Of a DNA stretch of 49,804 bases, positions 35,956 through 45,578 are shown in pieces. The DNA lies in the sequence record DRR723986_6629. The stretch is one strand, 5' to 3'. Below the pieces are notes generated by a model. That model saw only the letters and a list, made by a program, of their open reading frames with translations, made no database searches and was not told the origin of the DNA. The position numbers were made by a program, and so were the translations under genes. Within the stretch, counting starts at the first letter, position 1, and every line of letters starts with the position of its first letter.

Positions 35956-37820
35956 GAGTAAGAATATATCGCGTTCTATTGAGTACCGCCTTGTGCGTGT
36001 TTGCACTCTCGAGTCCGGCTGCAGACACCGGGACCGCTGCCGCCGACGGTGAGCAACTGTATCTCGCACACTGCGCCCAGTGCCACGGTGGCAAGGTCGC
36101 CAAGGCGCCGCCGCTGAGCCTGTTGCAGATCATGTCTGGCAGCTCCATCCTCAGGGCAATGGAATCGGGCGTCATGCAGACCCATGCCGCCGCTATGAAC
36201 GGGAACGAGAAACGTGCCGTGGCGCGCTATCTCACCGGTATGGATCCGGACAATGCTTCAACCACCCTGCCCGCTCCGCGCTGTGAGGGCGACACCGCCC
36301 GCTTCGATTTCAAGCGTCCGCCAGCTACCGAAGGTTGGGGGGTAGGCCTTCACAATCAGCGCCACTTCGGCGCGAACATAACCGAGCTGACTGCGGAATC
36401 GCTGCCCCAACTTGAACTCAAGTGGGCTATCGCCTTTCCGGAAGCGATTCGGGCGCGCTCACAACCGGCGGTCGCCGGCGGCGCTGTCTACGTTGGCAGC
36501 CAGGACGGTACGGTCTACGCGCTGGACCGGGACACCGGCTGCATCCGCTGGGAGTTCTCTACGGTAGCGGAAGTCCGCACCGGCATCGTGGTCGCGCCCT
36601 GGGAGCCCAGCCAGCAGGCCAATCCCCTGCTCTACTTCGGTGACCTGGTAGGCAACGTGTATGCCGTCGATGCGGTAACCGGTGAACTGGCCTGGCGCGA
36701 CCGCCCCGATGACCATGCCAGCCTCACCCTGACGGCTGCGCCGGCGCTGTTTGAGGGCAAGCTGTACGTCCCGCTCTCGGCGCTGGAGGTTACCGCTGCC
36801 GCCGACCCGACCTATGCCTGCTGCACCTTCCGCGGCGGGGTGGCGGCCTATGACGCGCTCACCGGTGAACGCCTGTGGGTTGGTTACACCATAGACGAAG
36901 CGCCTCGCGTTGTCGGCCAGAACGCGGTCGGCACTGATCGCATTGCGCCATCGGGCGCGCCTGTCTGGAATACGCCGGCAATCGATGCGAAGCGCGGGCT
37001 CATGTACGTGGGCACCGGCGAGAATTACTCCTCACCGGCCAATGACACCAGCGACGCGATCATTGCCCTCAGCCTGGCTGACGGCAAGATCGCATGGCAC
37101 CGGCAAATGACCCCCGGCGACGCCTGGAACATGGGCTGCGAAACTGACGAACGCATCAACTGTCCGCCCGAGGACGGGCCGGATTACGATTTCGGTGCCG
37201 CCACCATCCTGGCGACCAATTCCGAGGGGCGCGACATCCTGTTAGCGGGACAGAAATCCGGCGCGGTATTCGGGCTGGATCCTGACCGCGACGGGGCAAT
37301 TGTCTGGCAGCAAAAACTGGGCCGGGGCGGTATCCAGGGCGGGGTGCATTTCGGCATGGCCGTTGACGGTGACACGCTGTACGTGCCGATGTCCGATTTC
37401 GACGGCGGTCCGCGCTGGCCCGGCGTCGCCAGACCAGGCATGTTTGCGCTGGATATCACCAGCGGCGAAACCCACTGGTACACTCCGGCCAGCGATGTCT
37501 GCGCCGGGCGCGAGTTCTGCCAGCCGGGCATCTCGGCGCCGGCGTCATCTCTCCCCGGAGGCGTGCTTGCCGGCGCGATGGATGGCCACCTGCGCGCCTA
37601 CGACGGCAAGACCGGCAAGGTCCTCTGGGATCTGGATACGGCAGTGGAATTCGATACGCTCGACGGCGGTCGCGCCCACGGCGGTTCCGTGGGCGGCGCC
37701 TCCGGCCCAGTGCTGAGCGGCGACATGCTGTTCATCAACTCAGGCTATGGGATCTACTTTCATATGCCCGGCAATGTACTGTTGGCATTCGGACCCCCGG
37801 ACCGCGCCACGAAGGACTGA
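35952..37820 (+). CDS. Quinohaemoprotein dehydrogenase (N-terminal cytochrome c plus PQQ beta-propeller; polyvinyl-alcohol dehydrogenase-like)
   Basis: Signal peptide, CAQCH haem motif, YACCTFRG, GPDYDFG, GQKSG, repeated A.D..TG...W propeller motifs, NSGYG...PGNVLLAF. Confidence 0.9.
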   Translation: MRVRIYRVLLSTALCVFALSSPAADTGTAAADGEQLYLAHCAQCHGGKVAKAPPLSLLQIMSGSSILRAMESGVMQTHAAAMNGNEKRAVARYLTGMDPDNASTTLPAPRCEGDTARFDFKRPPATEGWGVGLHNQRHFGANITELTAESLPQLELKWAIAFPEAIRARSQPAVAGGAVYVGSQDGTVYALDRDTGCIRWEFSTVAEVRTGIVVAPWEPSQQANPLLYFGDLVGNVYAVDAVTGELAWRDRPDDHASLTLTAAPALFEGKLYVPLSALEVTAAADPTYACCTFRGGVAAYDALTGERLWVGYTIDEAPRVVGQNAVGTDRIAPSGAPVWNTPAIDAKRGLMYVGTGENYSSPANDTSDAIIALSLADGKIAWHRQMTPGDAWNMGCETDERINCPPEDGPDYDFGAATILATNSEGRDILLAGQKSGAVFGLDPDRDGAIVWQQKLGRGGIQGGVHFGMAVDGDTLYVPMSDFDGGPRWPGVARPGMFALDITSGETHWYTPASDVCAGREFCQPGISAPASSLPGGVLAGAMDGHLRAYDGKTGKVLWDLDTAVEFDTLDGGRAHGGSVGGASGPVLSGDMLFINSGYGIYFHMPGNVLLAFGPPDRATKD

Positions 37821-38001
37821 CACCAGCTGGACTGACGCGCGCTGGCCGCCAGCGCGCTGGGGAGTGTCATTAGCCGCGGGAAATGCTGCGGGTCATGGCG
37901 CTCCACGCTTCCGCCTGCAGGTCGCCAGTCAGCTTTTCCAGTTCGCCCCCATCCAGCCAGACACAAAGCATTAAGCGGTAAATCGTTACCGCCGCCGGCA
38001 A

Positions 38002-39057
38002 TCAGTAGCTGCTGAAAAACTTCTGGATAGTGGCAGCGTCGCTTGTTTCAAGCAGCGCCAGTTTCAACAGAATCCTTGCTCGCGCAGGACCCAAATCGAG
38101 TGACGCCACGGTGCCCAGCGCATCGTCGTCAATCTCGACATTGCGACCAACCTGGCCGCCAGTCACCCGCGACGCACGTACCACGGCAACACCGCTCTTC
38201 ACTGCCGCGGCGACGGCTTGCAGCACCGGCGCACCCATATTCCCGTTACCTACCCCGGCAGTAACGATACCCCGGGCACCGCTGGCCACGGCCGCCTGAA
38301 CGAGATCGGGCGATGTATCAGCGGTAATGTAGATGACATCCACCCGCGGCAGCGCGGTGACACCCTCAATCGAGAAAGCGCTACCACCGGTGTGCTGGCG
38401 AAACGGCGCGCGGAACCAGCGGTTCTGGCCGTAGAGGCTGGTACCGATCAACCCATACTCCGGGGACCTGAAGGTCTGTACATCCGTGGTACTGGTCTTG
38501 GTAAACGAGCGAGCGCCATGAATATCGTCGTTGGCCACTACCAACACGCCACGCCCCGCCGCGCTCTTGTCTGCCGCCACAGCCACCGCGTTATACAGGT
38601 TGAGGGGGCCGTCTGCGGACAGTGCGGTCGAGGGACGCATTGCTGCGGTCATGACCACCGGCTTGTCACTGCGGACAACGAGATTGAGGAAGTAACTGGT
38701 TTCTTCCAGAGTATCGGTGCCATGGGTGATCACGATACCGTCAACCTCAGGTTTGCCGAGCAAGCTGTTGACGCGCTGTGCCAGAGTCAGCCAGATGGCA
38801 TCGGTCATATCCTGACTGCCCACGTTCGCCACCTGCTCCCCGCTGATCGTGGCCAGGTCATGGATCTGCGGTACCGCGCCCAGGAGAATATCCACTCCCA
38901 CCTGCCCCGAAGTGTAGGCGGCGTCGGTCTGGGTCTCGGCCGAGCCGGCGATTGTCCCCCCGGTAGCCAGGACGACAATATTCGGCAATGCTGCAGCCTG
39001 CGCCGTCACCAGCAGCCAGCAAACCAGCAGCCAGGATTTGCACAGAAAACTCGGCAT
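38002..39057 (-). CDS. ansB: Type II (periplasmic) L-asparaginase/glutaminase
   Basis: Signal peptide, ATGGTIAG, HGTDTLEE, SADGPLNL; ATG 39057 after AAGGA. Confidence 0.9.
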   Translation of the reverse strand: MPSFLCKSWLLVCWLLVTAQAAALPNIVVLATGGTIAGSAETQTDAAYTSGQVGVDILLGAVPQIHDLATISGEQVANVGSQDMTDAIWLTLAQRVNSLLGKPEVDGIVITHGTDTLEETSYFLNLVVRSDKPVVMTAAMRPSTALSADGPLNLYNAVAVAADKSAAGRGVLVVANDDIHGARSFTKTSTTDVQTFRSPEYGLIGTSLYGQNRWFRAPFRQHTGGSAFSIEGVTALPRVDVIYITADTSPDLVQAAVASGARGIVTAGVGNGNMGAPVLQAVAAAVKSGVAVVRASRVTGGQVGRNVEIDDDALGTVASLDLGPARARILLKLALLETSDAATIQKFFSSY

Positions 39058-39191
39058 GTTGTATTCCTTTTCGGGTCGCGGACGAGCCTTCTTATACTGT
39101 GTATTGCGGCGCACACGCAAGCTGAAGGATCGTGTGGTGGAACTCGGCAATATCTGGCTGAGGAACAGCCGGCCTGTGCAGGCCGGTCAGC

Positions 39192-40457
39192 TCAGGGTAG
39201 GTGATCCGTTGAGTCGGAGGGGCTCAGAGCCGCTATGCGCCGCTGTTCGCTGTCGACAAAATTCAGCCATTGCCGCGCCCACTGTTCGGTCTGTTCGTGC
39301 GCCGCTGCCTCCACAAAAGCCTTGCGCGCTGCTGCCAGACGATCTCCACGAGCCAACGCCATCCCAACCACCAGCCAGGCACTGCCCTCGTCCCGCAAAC
39401 CACCGCGCCGCAGCGCCTTGCGGGCCGCCGCCTCGGCGGGCTCCCACTGGTAGTTATCCATGTACAGGCGCGCAACCCGCAGGTACAACTCCCCGTCTTC
39501 CGCCATCGCAGCGGCGGCTTCGAGTGGCGGTAGCGCCCGCTCCTCCTCACCCGCCATATACCAGGCCTGGGATTCCATCTCGAGGTTCTGCCGGGTAGTC
39601 TCGATGCGCCCGCTTTCCATCTCCCGTTGCAACAGGTCCGCCGCCTTGTAAGGCATCCCTTTGGCCAGGAACAGATTTACCAGGCTCATCAGGTGATAGC
39701 TCTTTTCCAGCCGCTGGTCATCCAGCAGTGCCTCGATCAATGCGAGCTGCTTTTCGGTGTCGCCCAGTTGACCGTGTAGCGCGGCCAGATTGATCAGGTA
39801 GCGCTCCCGCGGATACAGCGCAACCAGTTCATAGAGCACCTCGCGCATGCTGGCAAAATCGTTCAATGAGTAATACACAGATGACAACAGCAACATCCAG
39901 TTCTCCCGGGGACGGGCGCCCGCGGCCTGCTGCATCTCGATCGCCTTCTGCAACGGCGCCAGGGCGCGTTGCCAGTCCTCCATGCCAACATAGGCCTGGG
40001 CCAGGATAATCTGGCTCTGCGCCTGCGGGTGTGCTGTTTCCGCCGCCAGCAACTGCAAGGCATATTTTTCCGCTTCCTTATAGCGCTCGGCCGCAAGGCA
40101 AACCTGGGCGACAGTGGTAAGCAAGGCGCGCACCTGGGTGCCTGGCAGTCCCGGTTGCTCCAGCGCCTCAAGGAAGCTGGCCAGGGCCTGGTCGTAGTTA
40201 TTGTCGTTGAAATAGGTGTAGCCCAACATATTGAGCGTATGTGCCCGCTCGTATCCATTGAGCTTTTTCTCGAGCAGGACCAGCAGCTGGGCGCGCGCCT
40301 CCAGCCACTGGTTCGCGTCGAACAGGGCCTGAATCTCGGAAATGGCCTCGTAGGTCTTCTGGGTGATGCCCGCCGCGGTGTCCTTCTCTTCGGCGGCACC
40401 ACCGGGAAGCACGATGAGAATCAGCCAAAGCGTGACAAGCGCCGCCAGCGTTTTCAT
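39192..40457 (-). CDS. TPR protein (TtpD-like) of the TonB operon
   Basis: Signal peptide, helical TPR-like repeats, last gene after tonB. Confidence 0.8.
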   Translation of the reverse strand: MKTLAALVTLWLILIVLPGGAAEEKDTAAGITQKTYEAISEIQALFDANQWLEARAQLLVLLEKKLNGYERAHTLNMLGYTYFNDNNYDQALASFLEALEQPGLPGTQVRALLTTVAQVCLAAERYKEAEKYALQLLAAETAHPQAQSQIILAQAYVGMEDWQRALAPLQKAIEMQQAAGARPRENWMLLLSSVYYSLNDFASMREVLYELVALYPRERYLINLAALHGQLGDTEKQLALIEALLDDQRLEKSYHLMSLVNLFLAKGMPYKAADLLQREMESGRIETTRQNLEMESQAWYMAGEEERALPPLEAAAAMAEDGELYLRVARLYMDNYQWEPAEAAARKALRRGGLRDEGSAWLVVGMALARGDRLAAARKAFVEAAAHEQTEQWARQWLNFVDSEQRRIAALSPSDSTDHLP

Positions 40458-41137
40458 CAGTTACCCGAACCTTCCTCACGGTAATAGAACATGTTCATGA
40501 CGCCGTGTACCTCCACTGCCTCACCGTCGATAACCCGCGGCTTGTACTTGAAGCGTAAGGCCGCATCGACCGAGGGTTTGGCGAAAAGGGAATCGCTGCA
40601 ATTCTCCTCATCGACCCTGACATCTTTCACGGTACCGGCAGTAGTGACGGTGTAGACCACCAGGCACTCGCCAAAGATGCCCGCCATAAGTGCCCGGCGC
40701 GGAAAGATTGGTGCCACCTTGACGATGGGCAGGTAGTCACCTTCACCAATGCCGAACCCGATATTGCCCCGGTCGAGGTTGACGCCACTATCCGCCGGCA
40801 TCATCGACACCGCCAGTTCCTGCCCGGAGGCATTGGCATTTTGCTGCAGCGGGGGCACCTCGGGCGCTTGTTCGAGTTTGGGTTTGGGCGGCTTGCGGTC
40901 CTTGCGATCAACGCTTTCCTCACGCTTCACCCTGACAAAATCCAGCATCTGTACCCGGGAGGCATCATCAAGCATGAGATCGGAAGAACTGATCAGGTAT
41001 TGCATAAACCAGCCCAGGGCCAGCGCAGAGGCAGCCCCAACACACACAGCGCCCAGTAGGCGCAGGTAATGCGCCAGGCTGCGGCCCTGGGCCAGCGCCT
41101 GGTCGACACCGGCAAGGCTGTTGTGCTCAACCGTCAT
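40457..41137 (-). CDS. tonB: Energy transducer TonB
   Basis: N-terminal TM, Pro/Lys linker, YLPIVKVAPIFP...G...V.YTV...G.V.D, FKYKPRVIDG. Confidence 0.9.
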   Translation of the reverse strand: MTVEHNSLAGVDQALAQGRSLAHYLRLLGAVCVGAASALALGWFMQYLISSSDLMLDDASRVQMLDFVRVKREESVDRKDRKPPKPKLEQAPEVPPLQQNANASGQELAVSMMPADSGVNLDRGNIGFGIGEGDYLPIVKVAPIFPRRALMAGIFGECLVVYTVTTAGTVKDVRVDEENCSDSLFAKPSVDAALRFKYKPRVIDGEAVEVHGVMNMFYYREEGSGN

Positions 41138-41534
41138 TCGCTGCCAGCGCGATATCAAAAACACCAGCCCGGCGGGAAGCGTCCATCACCTGGACCAGGG
41201 CATCGTTCTTGGATTCACGGTCGGCCTGGATCACAACCGTGCCTTTCGGGTTCTCCGCGTGCAGGCGTTCAATAATCGCGCGCACGGAGCGCACGTCGAC
41301 CTGCCGCCGGTTGATCCAGATATTGTTCTCGGCGTCGATGGCGATCAGGATGCTGGCCTTTTCCTGGACAACCGCGGTGGCGGCCGCTGGCTTGTCCACA
41401 TCGATACCCGCTTCCTTGATGAAAGTCGCCGTAACGATAAAGAAGATAAGCATGATGAAGACCACATCGAGCATCGGGGTGATGTCGATGGTGCTCTCAT
41501 CGTCCTCGGTCTGGCTTACCAGAATATTACGCAT
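41127..41534 (-). CDS. exbD: Biopolymer transporter ExbD
   Basis: IDITPMLDVVFIMLIFFIVT and VIQAD motifs. Confidence 0.93.
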   Translation of the reverse strand: MRNILVSQTEDDESTIDITPMLDVVFIMLIFFIVTATFIKEAGIDVDKPAAATAVVQEKASILIAIDAENNIWINRRQVDVRSVRAIIERLHAENPKGTVVIQADRESKNDALVQVMDASRRAGVFDIALAANDG

Positions 41535-42066
41535 CGACCCCTCCCACATCTATGAATCGAGCCTGTAGCGCTTCGCGCTCGGCGATCGCGCGACGCTCGG
41601 CAAATTTTCCTACCAGCATGCCAAAGATCGCGACGACCATGCCCGCCAGGGTTGAGACGGTCGCCTTCGAAACACCTGCGGCCATGGTGCGCGGGTTATT
41701 CGAACCGGTAGCCGCCAGCGCATCAAAAATCTCGAGCATACCGACCACGGTTCCCAAAAGGCCCAACAGCGGGCAGACCTTGATGATGATCCCGATCAGG
41801 GAATAGTTTTCCTTCAGCTCCGCCGAGATTCGGTGGCGCAGGTGGTTCTTGTACTGCTGCGCATACCAGCTCGACTTGTCGACCCGCTCGTACCACAGCC
41901 GGATGGCGCGCTTGGCCTGCATGGGGTAGACCACGTACAGGTAGTAGAGGCGCTCACAGAGCAGCGTCCACATAACGAAGGCCATGAACAGGATCAGGGC
42001 GAGAATCCCGCCGCCCAGCGACAGCAGATCACCCAACCAGGGGAGCCAGGTGTCGATAAAGACCAT
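41527..42066 (-). CDS. exbB: ExbB (MotA/TolQ/ExbB proton channel)
   Basis: CPLLGLLGTVVGM and MAAGVSKATVSTLAGM motifs. Confidence 0.88.
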   Translation of the reverse strand: MVFIDTWLPWLGDLLSLGGGILALILFMAFVMWTLLCERLYYLYVVYPMQAKRAIRLWYERVDKSSWYAQQYKNHLRHRISAELKENYSLIGIIIKVCPLLGLLGTVVGMLEIFDALAATGSNNPRTMAAGVSKATVSTLAGMVVAIFGMLVGKFAERRAIAEREALQARFIDVGGVDA

Positions 42067-43487
42067 CACGCCGGGCTGCCCTGCTCCGCTTTGGCTGCGA
42101 CCACGGCAACGGCTTCATGCTGCAGGATATCGGTGATCGAGCGTGCCCGCCCCTGCACCACGTTGTGCAGCAACAGGGTGGGAATGGCAACGCTAAGGCC
42201 AAGCACCGTGGTGATAAGCGCCTGGGAAATACCGCCGGCCATCAGTCGGGGATCGCCCGCACCGAACAGCGTTATAGCCTGGAAGGTGACAATCATGCCT
42301 GTCACTGTGCCCAGCAGACCCATCAGGGGCGCGATCGCGGCAATAATTTTCAGCAAAGGCAGATGGCGATTGATACGTGGCACTTCCCGCAGGACCGCCT
42401 CACCCATTTTCAGTTCCAGAGCCTCGATATCCAGCGCCTTGTCTTCCCGGTAGGTCAGCAGGATTCGGCCAAGCGCATTGTTCTCCTGCGGATTATTAAT
42501 ATCCTGCAACTGCTTGCGCATGCGCCCGGACTCGGCAACCAGGACCAGCAAGCGCCATAGCGCCAGCAACACACCCACTGCCCCGATGGCGATGATGAGG
42601 TATCCAATCACGCCGCCCTGATCCACCCGCTCGCGGAGGTTCGGGGCCTGGGTCAGGATACTCAGTAACTGACCCCGCACCGGATCAATGGCGAAGGGAT
42701 AGGCACCCTGCTCGCCATCGGCGATAGCGCGCGGCCCCTGCAGGTAGCGCGAGTCGGGCTGGCGGGCAAACTCGATCAGGCGCCCGGTCTCGGGCACGTA
42801 TTGCAGGTACTTCCCGTCGGCAACCACATTGAACAGCCCAACCCGGGTCACCTCCTGCTCCACTTCCGCACCCTCGGCACTCAGTACCGGCAGACTGCGA
42901 GTAACCACACGGCCGGACTCGACCATTTCACGCTGCAGCTCGAACCACAGCGCTTCGATTTCCGCCAGGGCCGGTAGCCGGTTGGCCTGACCCATACGAC
43001 CCGCGAAATCGACCAGGAACTCGTTGCGCTCCGGGTATTCGAGCTGGGTCAGCGAAACATGGAACTGGGCCTGGGCGTCACTGGCTACCTGCTGGAGAAC
43101 GCCAAACAGTTCCTTTAGTGAGCCCATGCGTTCCTTGAGGCGATCTTCCAGTTCGGAAATTTCCGACTCCTTTTCCTCGAACAGCGCTTCCCGAGCCTTA
43201 CTGATCGACTCCTGGCGCTGCTCTTCGGCCAGGGTATCGCGCAGCATTTGTTCGCGGCTCGAATGCTGCTTCCGAAAGCGCTCAAGGCGCTCATTATTGG
43301 CGCGCTCTTCTGCCACCCTGCCGGTCCGGACCGCGTCGAGCAAATCATCCAGGGACAAGGCATCAGCTGCCTTGTCGGGCGGCGTCTCATTGACGGGGGC
43401 ATCTGGCGGTCCCGTTTCCTCCTGTGCAATTCCGGCAACTGGCAGCGCCAGCAGTGTGGCAAGCAACACGGCAAGGTAAGTTCTCAT
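42066..43487 (-). CDS. Large MotA/TolQ/ExbB protein with periplasmic coiled coil (TtpC-like)
   Basis: Signal peptide, coiled coil, TRVGLFN, APLMGLLGTVTGMI, MAGGISQALITTVLGL. Confidence 0.88.
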   Translation of the reverse strand: MRTYLAVLLATLLALPVAGIAQEETGPPDAPVNETPPDKAADALSLDDLLDAVRTGRVAEERANNERLERFRKQHSSREQMLRDTLAEEQRQESISKAREALFEEKESEISELEDRLKERMGSLKELFGVLQQVASDAQAQFHVSLTQLEYPERNEFLVDFAGRMGQANRLPALAEIEALWFELQREMVESGRVVTRSLPVLSAEGAEVEQEVTRVGLFNVVADGKYLQYVPETGRLIEFARQPDSRYLQGPRAIADGEQGAYPFAIDPVRGQLLSILTQAPNLRERVDQGGVIGYLIIAIGAVGVLLALWRLLVLVAESGRMRKQLQDINNPQENNALGRILLTYREDKALDIEALELKMGEAVLREVPRINRHLPLLKIIAAIAPLMGLLGTVTGMIVTFQAITLFGAGDPRLMAGGISQALITTVLGLSVAIPTLLLHNVVQGRARSITDILQHEAVAVVAAKAEQGSPA

Positions 43488-44251
43488 CGACGTACCTCCT
43501 GCCTGGCATCAAGGGCGACCGAGATAAGTTCGGGGGCTATTTCCTGCCGTGAAACTTTCAGACCCTGATCGATGTAGCGTCGCCAGCGACCGGATGAGAG
43601 GGGCACCCACTGCTTGCCAGCCATGTCCCAGTAGCCGACGTCTTCGCTACCCACTATTCGGTACATCAGCGCCACCCGACCTACCCTGAGAAAATCTGCG
43701 TCGAAGCTGGCGCCCGTCAGGTCGAGTTTGCCCTTGTAGGCCTCGATAGTGCGCCCGTAGTCATTCTCGATCTGGTATGCCTCCATTACCCGACGGGTTT
43801 TCTCCGCCACCGTCACATCCGCGCGTGGCAGCAACTTGCGCAAACCCGCGACCCGCTTGCGACGTTCATCCAGGAGAAACGGCACGTCCAGTACGACAAA
43901 CTGGTCCAGACCGTCAACCATGCGCGACATAAGGGGAAGAATCTGACGCTCCACCGTTGCCACATCGGCGATCGAGGTCTGCAACACCGTGATTTCTTCA
44001 TCCTGCGCGTCCAGCTGCTGCTGCAGCATGCTGTTGTACATCCGCAGGCCCTGAACAAGCTTCAGGTGAGCGTAATAGTCGTCAACAATATCCCGGGTGT
44101 CTTGATGGAGTTTATCGACCTTTCCCTGGGCGGCCTGTCCCGCAGCGGTGCGCTCAATGCCCTCCCGCTCGATCTCTTCTACCTGGGCTTGTGCCAATGA
44201 TGTGGACAGGAACAGCAAACAGACGAATCTTATTATCAGCCGGTGTGGCAT
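43484..44251 (-). CDS. DUF3450 family protein (TtpB-like)
   Basis: DVPFLLDER, EKTRRVMEAYQIENDYGRTI and FLRVGRVALMY motifs; signal peptide. Confidence 0.88.
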   Translation of the reverse strand: MPHRLIIRFVCLLFLSTSLAQAQVEEIEREGIERTAAGQAAQGKVDKLHQDTRDIVDDYYAHLKLVQGLRMYNSMLQQQLDAQDEEITVLQTSIADVATVERQILPLMSRMVDGLDQFVVLDVPFLLDERRKRVAGLRKLLPRADVTVAEKTRRVMEAYQIENDYGRTIEAYKGKLDLTGASFDADFLRVGRVALMYRIVGSEDVGYWDMAGKQWVPLSSGRWRRYIDQGLKVSRQEIAPELISVALDARQEVRR

Positions 44252-44312
44252 GGGGCCTCCGATTGCTTTCACATGGCGGGAACGCGCACGCTAAATCCAT
44301 TTTATGAGGCCA

Positions 44313-44354
44313 AGCATACGCAGTGATTCGCCCCAGCTGATTGACTCATATCAA
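44313..44354 (-). promoter_or_regulatory. Putative FNR/ANR class II promoter of the ttp-tonB operon
   Basis: TTGAT-ATGA-GTCAA (minus strand, 44354-44341) and -10 TATGCT (44318-44313) place the site centre at about -41.5. Confidence 0.6.
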
Positions 44355-44454
44355 GAGCGATGCAGGATGCTGAACGGAATAACCTCACGGCCGTGCGGAG
44401 CCAGGAACAATGGCTAAGTCGACGACCAGGGTTTACAAGACTCAAGGGCGGTGA

Positions 44455-44490
44455 ATAGAAGAAGAAAGAATGCCAGGGTTCGATCCCGGC
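44455..44490 (-). terminator. Probable terminator after the 44494 gene
   Basis: Minus strand GCCGGG-ATCGAA-CCC(T)GGC followed by ATTCTTTCTTCTTCT. Confidence 0.5.
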
Positions 44491-44493
44491 GCT

Positions 44494-44802
44494 CTATTCC
44501 ATACCCGCCTGTTCGACCCGTCCGCGTGAATCCAGCCTGATGACGCATTTGGCGGCTCCAGCACCGAGGGGACTGTAGAACTCCATCCGCCGGCCTGATG
44601 GAGCGTCGAAGACCCGGTAGCGTGCAAGATTGGCCGTATCCAATTGCGCCATCACACTGGCCTCCGGGATACCGGGCGTGAAGTTGCCGCAGAGATAGAG
44701 CACCTCCTTCCTTGCCTCGTTCCAGAAAAATGCAGCAACTGACAGCAAGACCGCGAGCAGTAGAGCGGCGAACAGGTATATTGGCTTAAGGCGAGCATCC
44801 AT
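44494..44802 (-). CDS. Hypothetical membrane-anchored protein
   Basis: N-terminal TM helix, two Cys, followed by a terminator-like hairpin; start uncertain. Confidence 0.6.
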   Translation of the reverse strand: MDARLKPIYLFAALLLAVLLSVAAFFWNEARKEVLYLCGNFTPGIPEASVMAQLDTANLARYRVFDAPSGRRMEFYSPLGAGAAKCVIRLDSRGRVEQAGME

Positions 44803-45055
44803 CAGGTAGTAATTTAAGCACAAAAACTGCAACACGCAGAAACAATCTCTGGGGGCACCTGGTTACTTTTACCTCGAGCTTGTGCACGCTGGAAATCGCG
44901 CGCTCCAAACTGGAACCTGAACCCGTGTCTACTGGACAGGGAAAAACGTCTCAGGGGTAATTTCCAGTTGGCGTAAAACAGCATCTGGGCCTACTCTCTG
45001 CATTAGCTCGCCACTTATAGCTATGGCACCACTTCAATTATCAGGAGTATCTGCA

Positions 45056-45511
45056 ATGCTGGAAGAATTCAAGAAGTTTGCAATGCGAGGCAATGTCGTT
45101 GATATGGCGGTCGGCATAATCATCGGCGGAGCCTTTGGAACAATCGTTAAAAGCCTGGTCGCTGATGTCATCATGCCTCCTATCGGGCTTCTGCTCGGCG
45201 GAGTAGATTTCTCCGACTTCTTCGTGACCCTGAAAGACGGCGCGACCGCCGGCCCGTATGCGACCCTCGCGGCCGCCCAGGAGGCAGGCGCGGTCACTAT
45301 CAGCTATGGCGTTTTTATCAATGCGGTAATTAGCTTCCTCATTGTCGCCTTTGCGGTATTTCTGCTGATCAGGGCAATCAACAGGATGCAGGCCGAAGAA
45401 GAGGCGCCGCCGGCGGAGCCAACAGATAAGGACTGCCCTTACTGCCTGACCAAAATCGCCATCAAGGCGACCCGCTGCCCTAACTGCACGTCTGAGTTGG
45501 GCGGAGCATAA
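45056..45511 (+). CDS. mscL: Large-conductance mechanosensitive channel with C-terminal Zn ribbon
   Basis: [45 protein letters not shown]; tail CPYC-x10-CPNC; AGGAG RBS. Confidence 0.95.
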   Translation: MLEEFKKFAMRGNVVDMAVGIIIGGAFGTIVKSLVADVIMPPIGLLLGGVDFSDFFVTLKDGATAGPYATLAAAQEAGAVTISYGVFINAVISFLIVAFAVFLLIRAINRMQAEEEAPPAEPTDKDCPYCLTKIAIKATRCPNCTSELGGA

Positions 45512-45534
45512 ATCGGCTCTAACGGCTGACAGCA

Positions 45535-45578
45535 AGCAGCGCCTGCTCTGCCAGGAGAAAGGGAGAGCGAGCGCTGCT
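45535..45578 (+). terminator. GC-rich hairpin downstream of mscL
   Basis: AGCAGCGC...GCTCT / AGAGC...GCGCTGCT stem with a weak U-tract. Confidence 0.45.

Noticed and set aside
44472-44490. GGTTCGATCCC resembling a tRNA T-arm or att site
   Set aside because: T-stem pairing fails, there is no acceptor stem or CCA, and it does not match the tRNA-Asp end; better explained as a terminator hairpin
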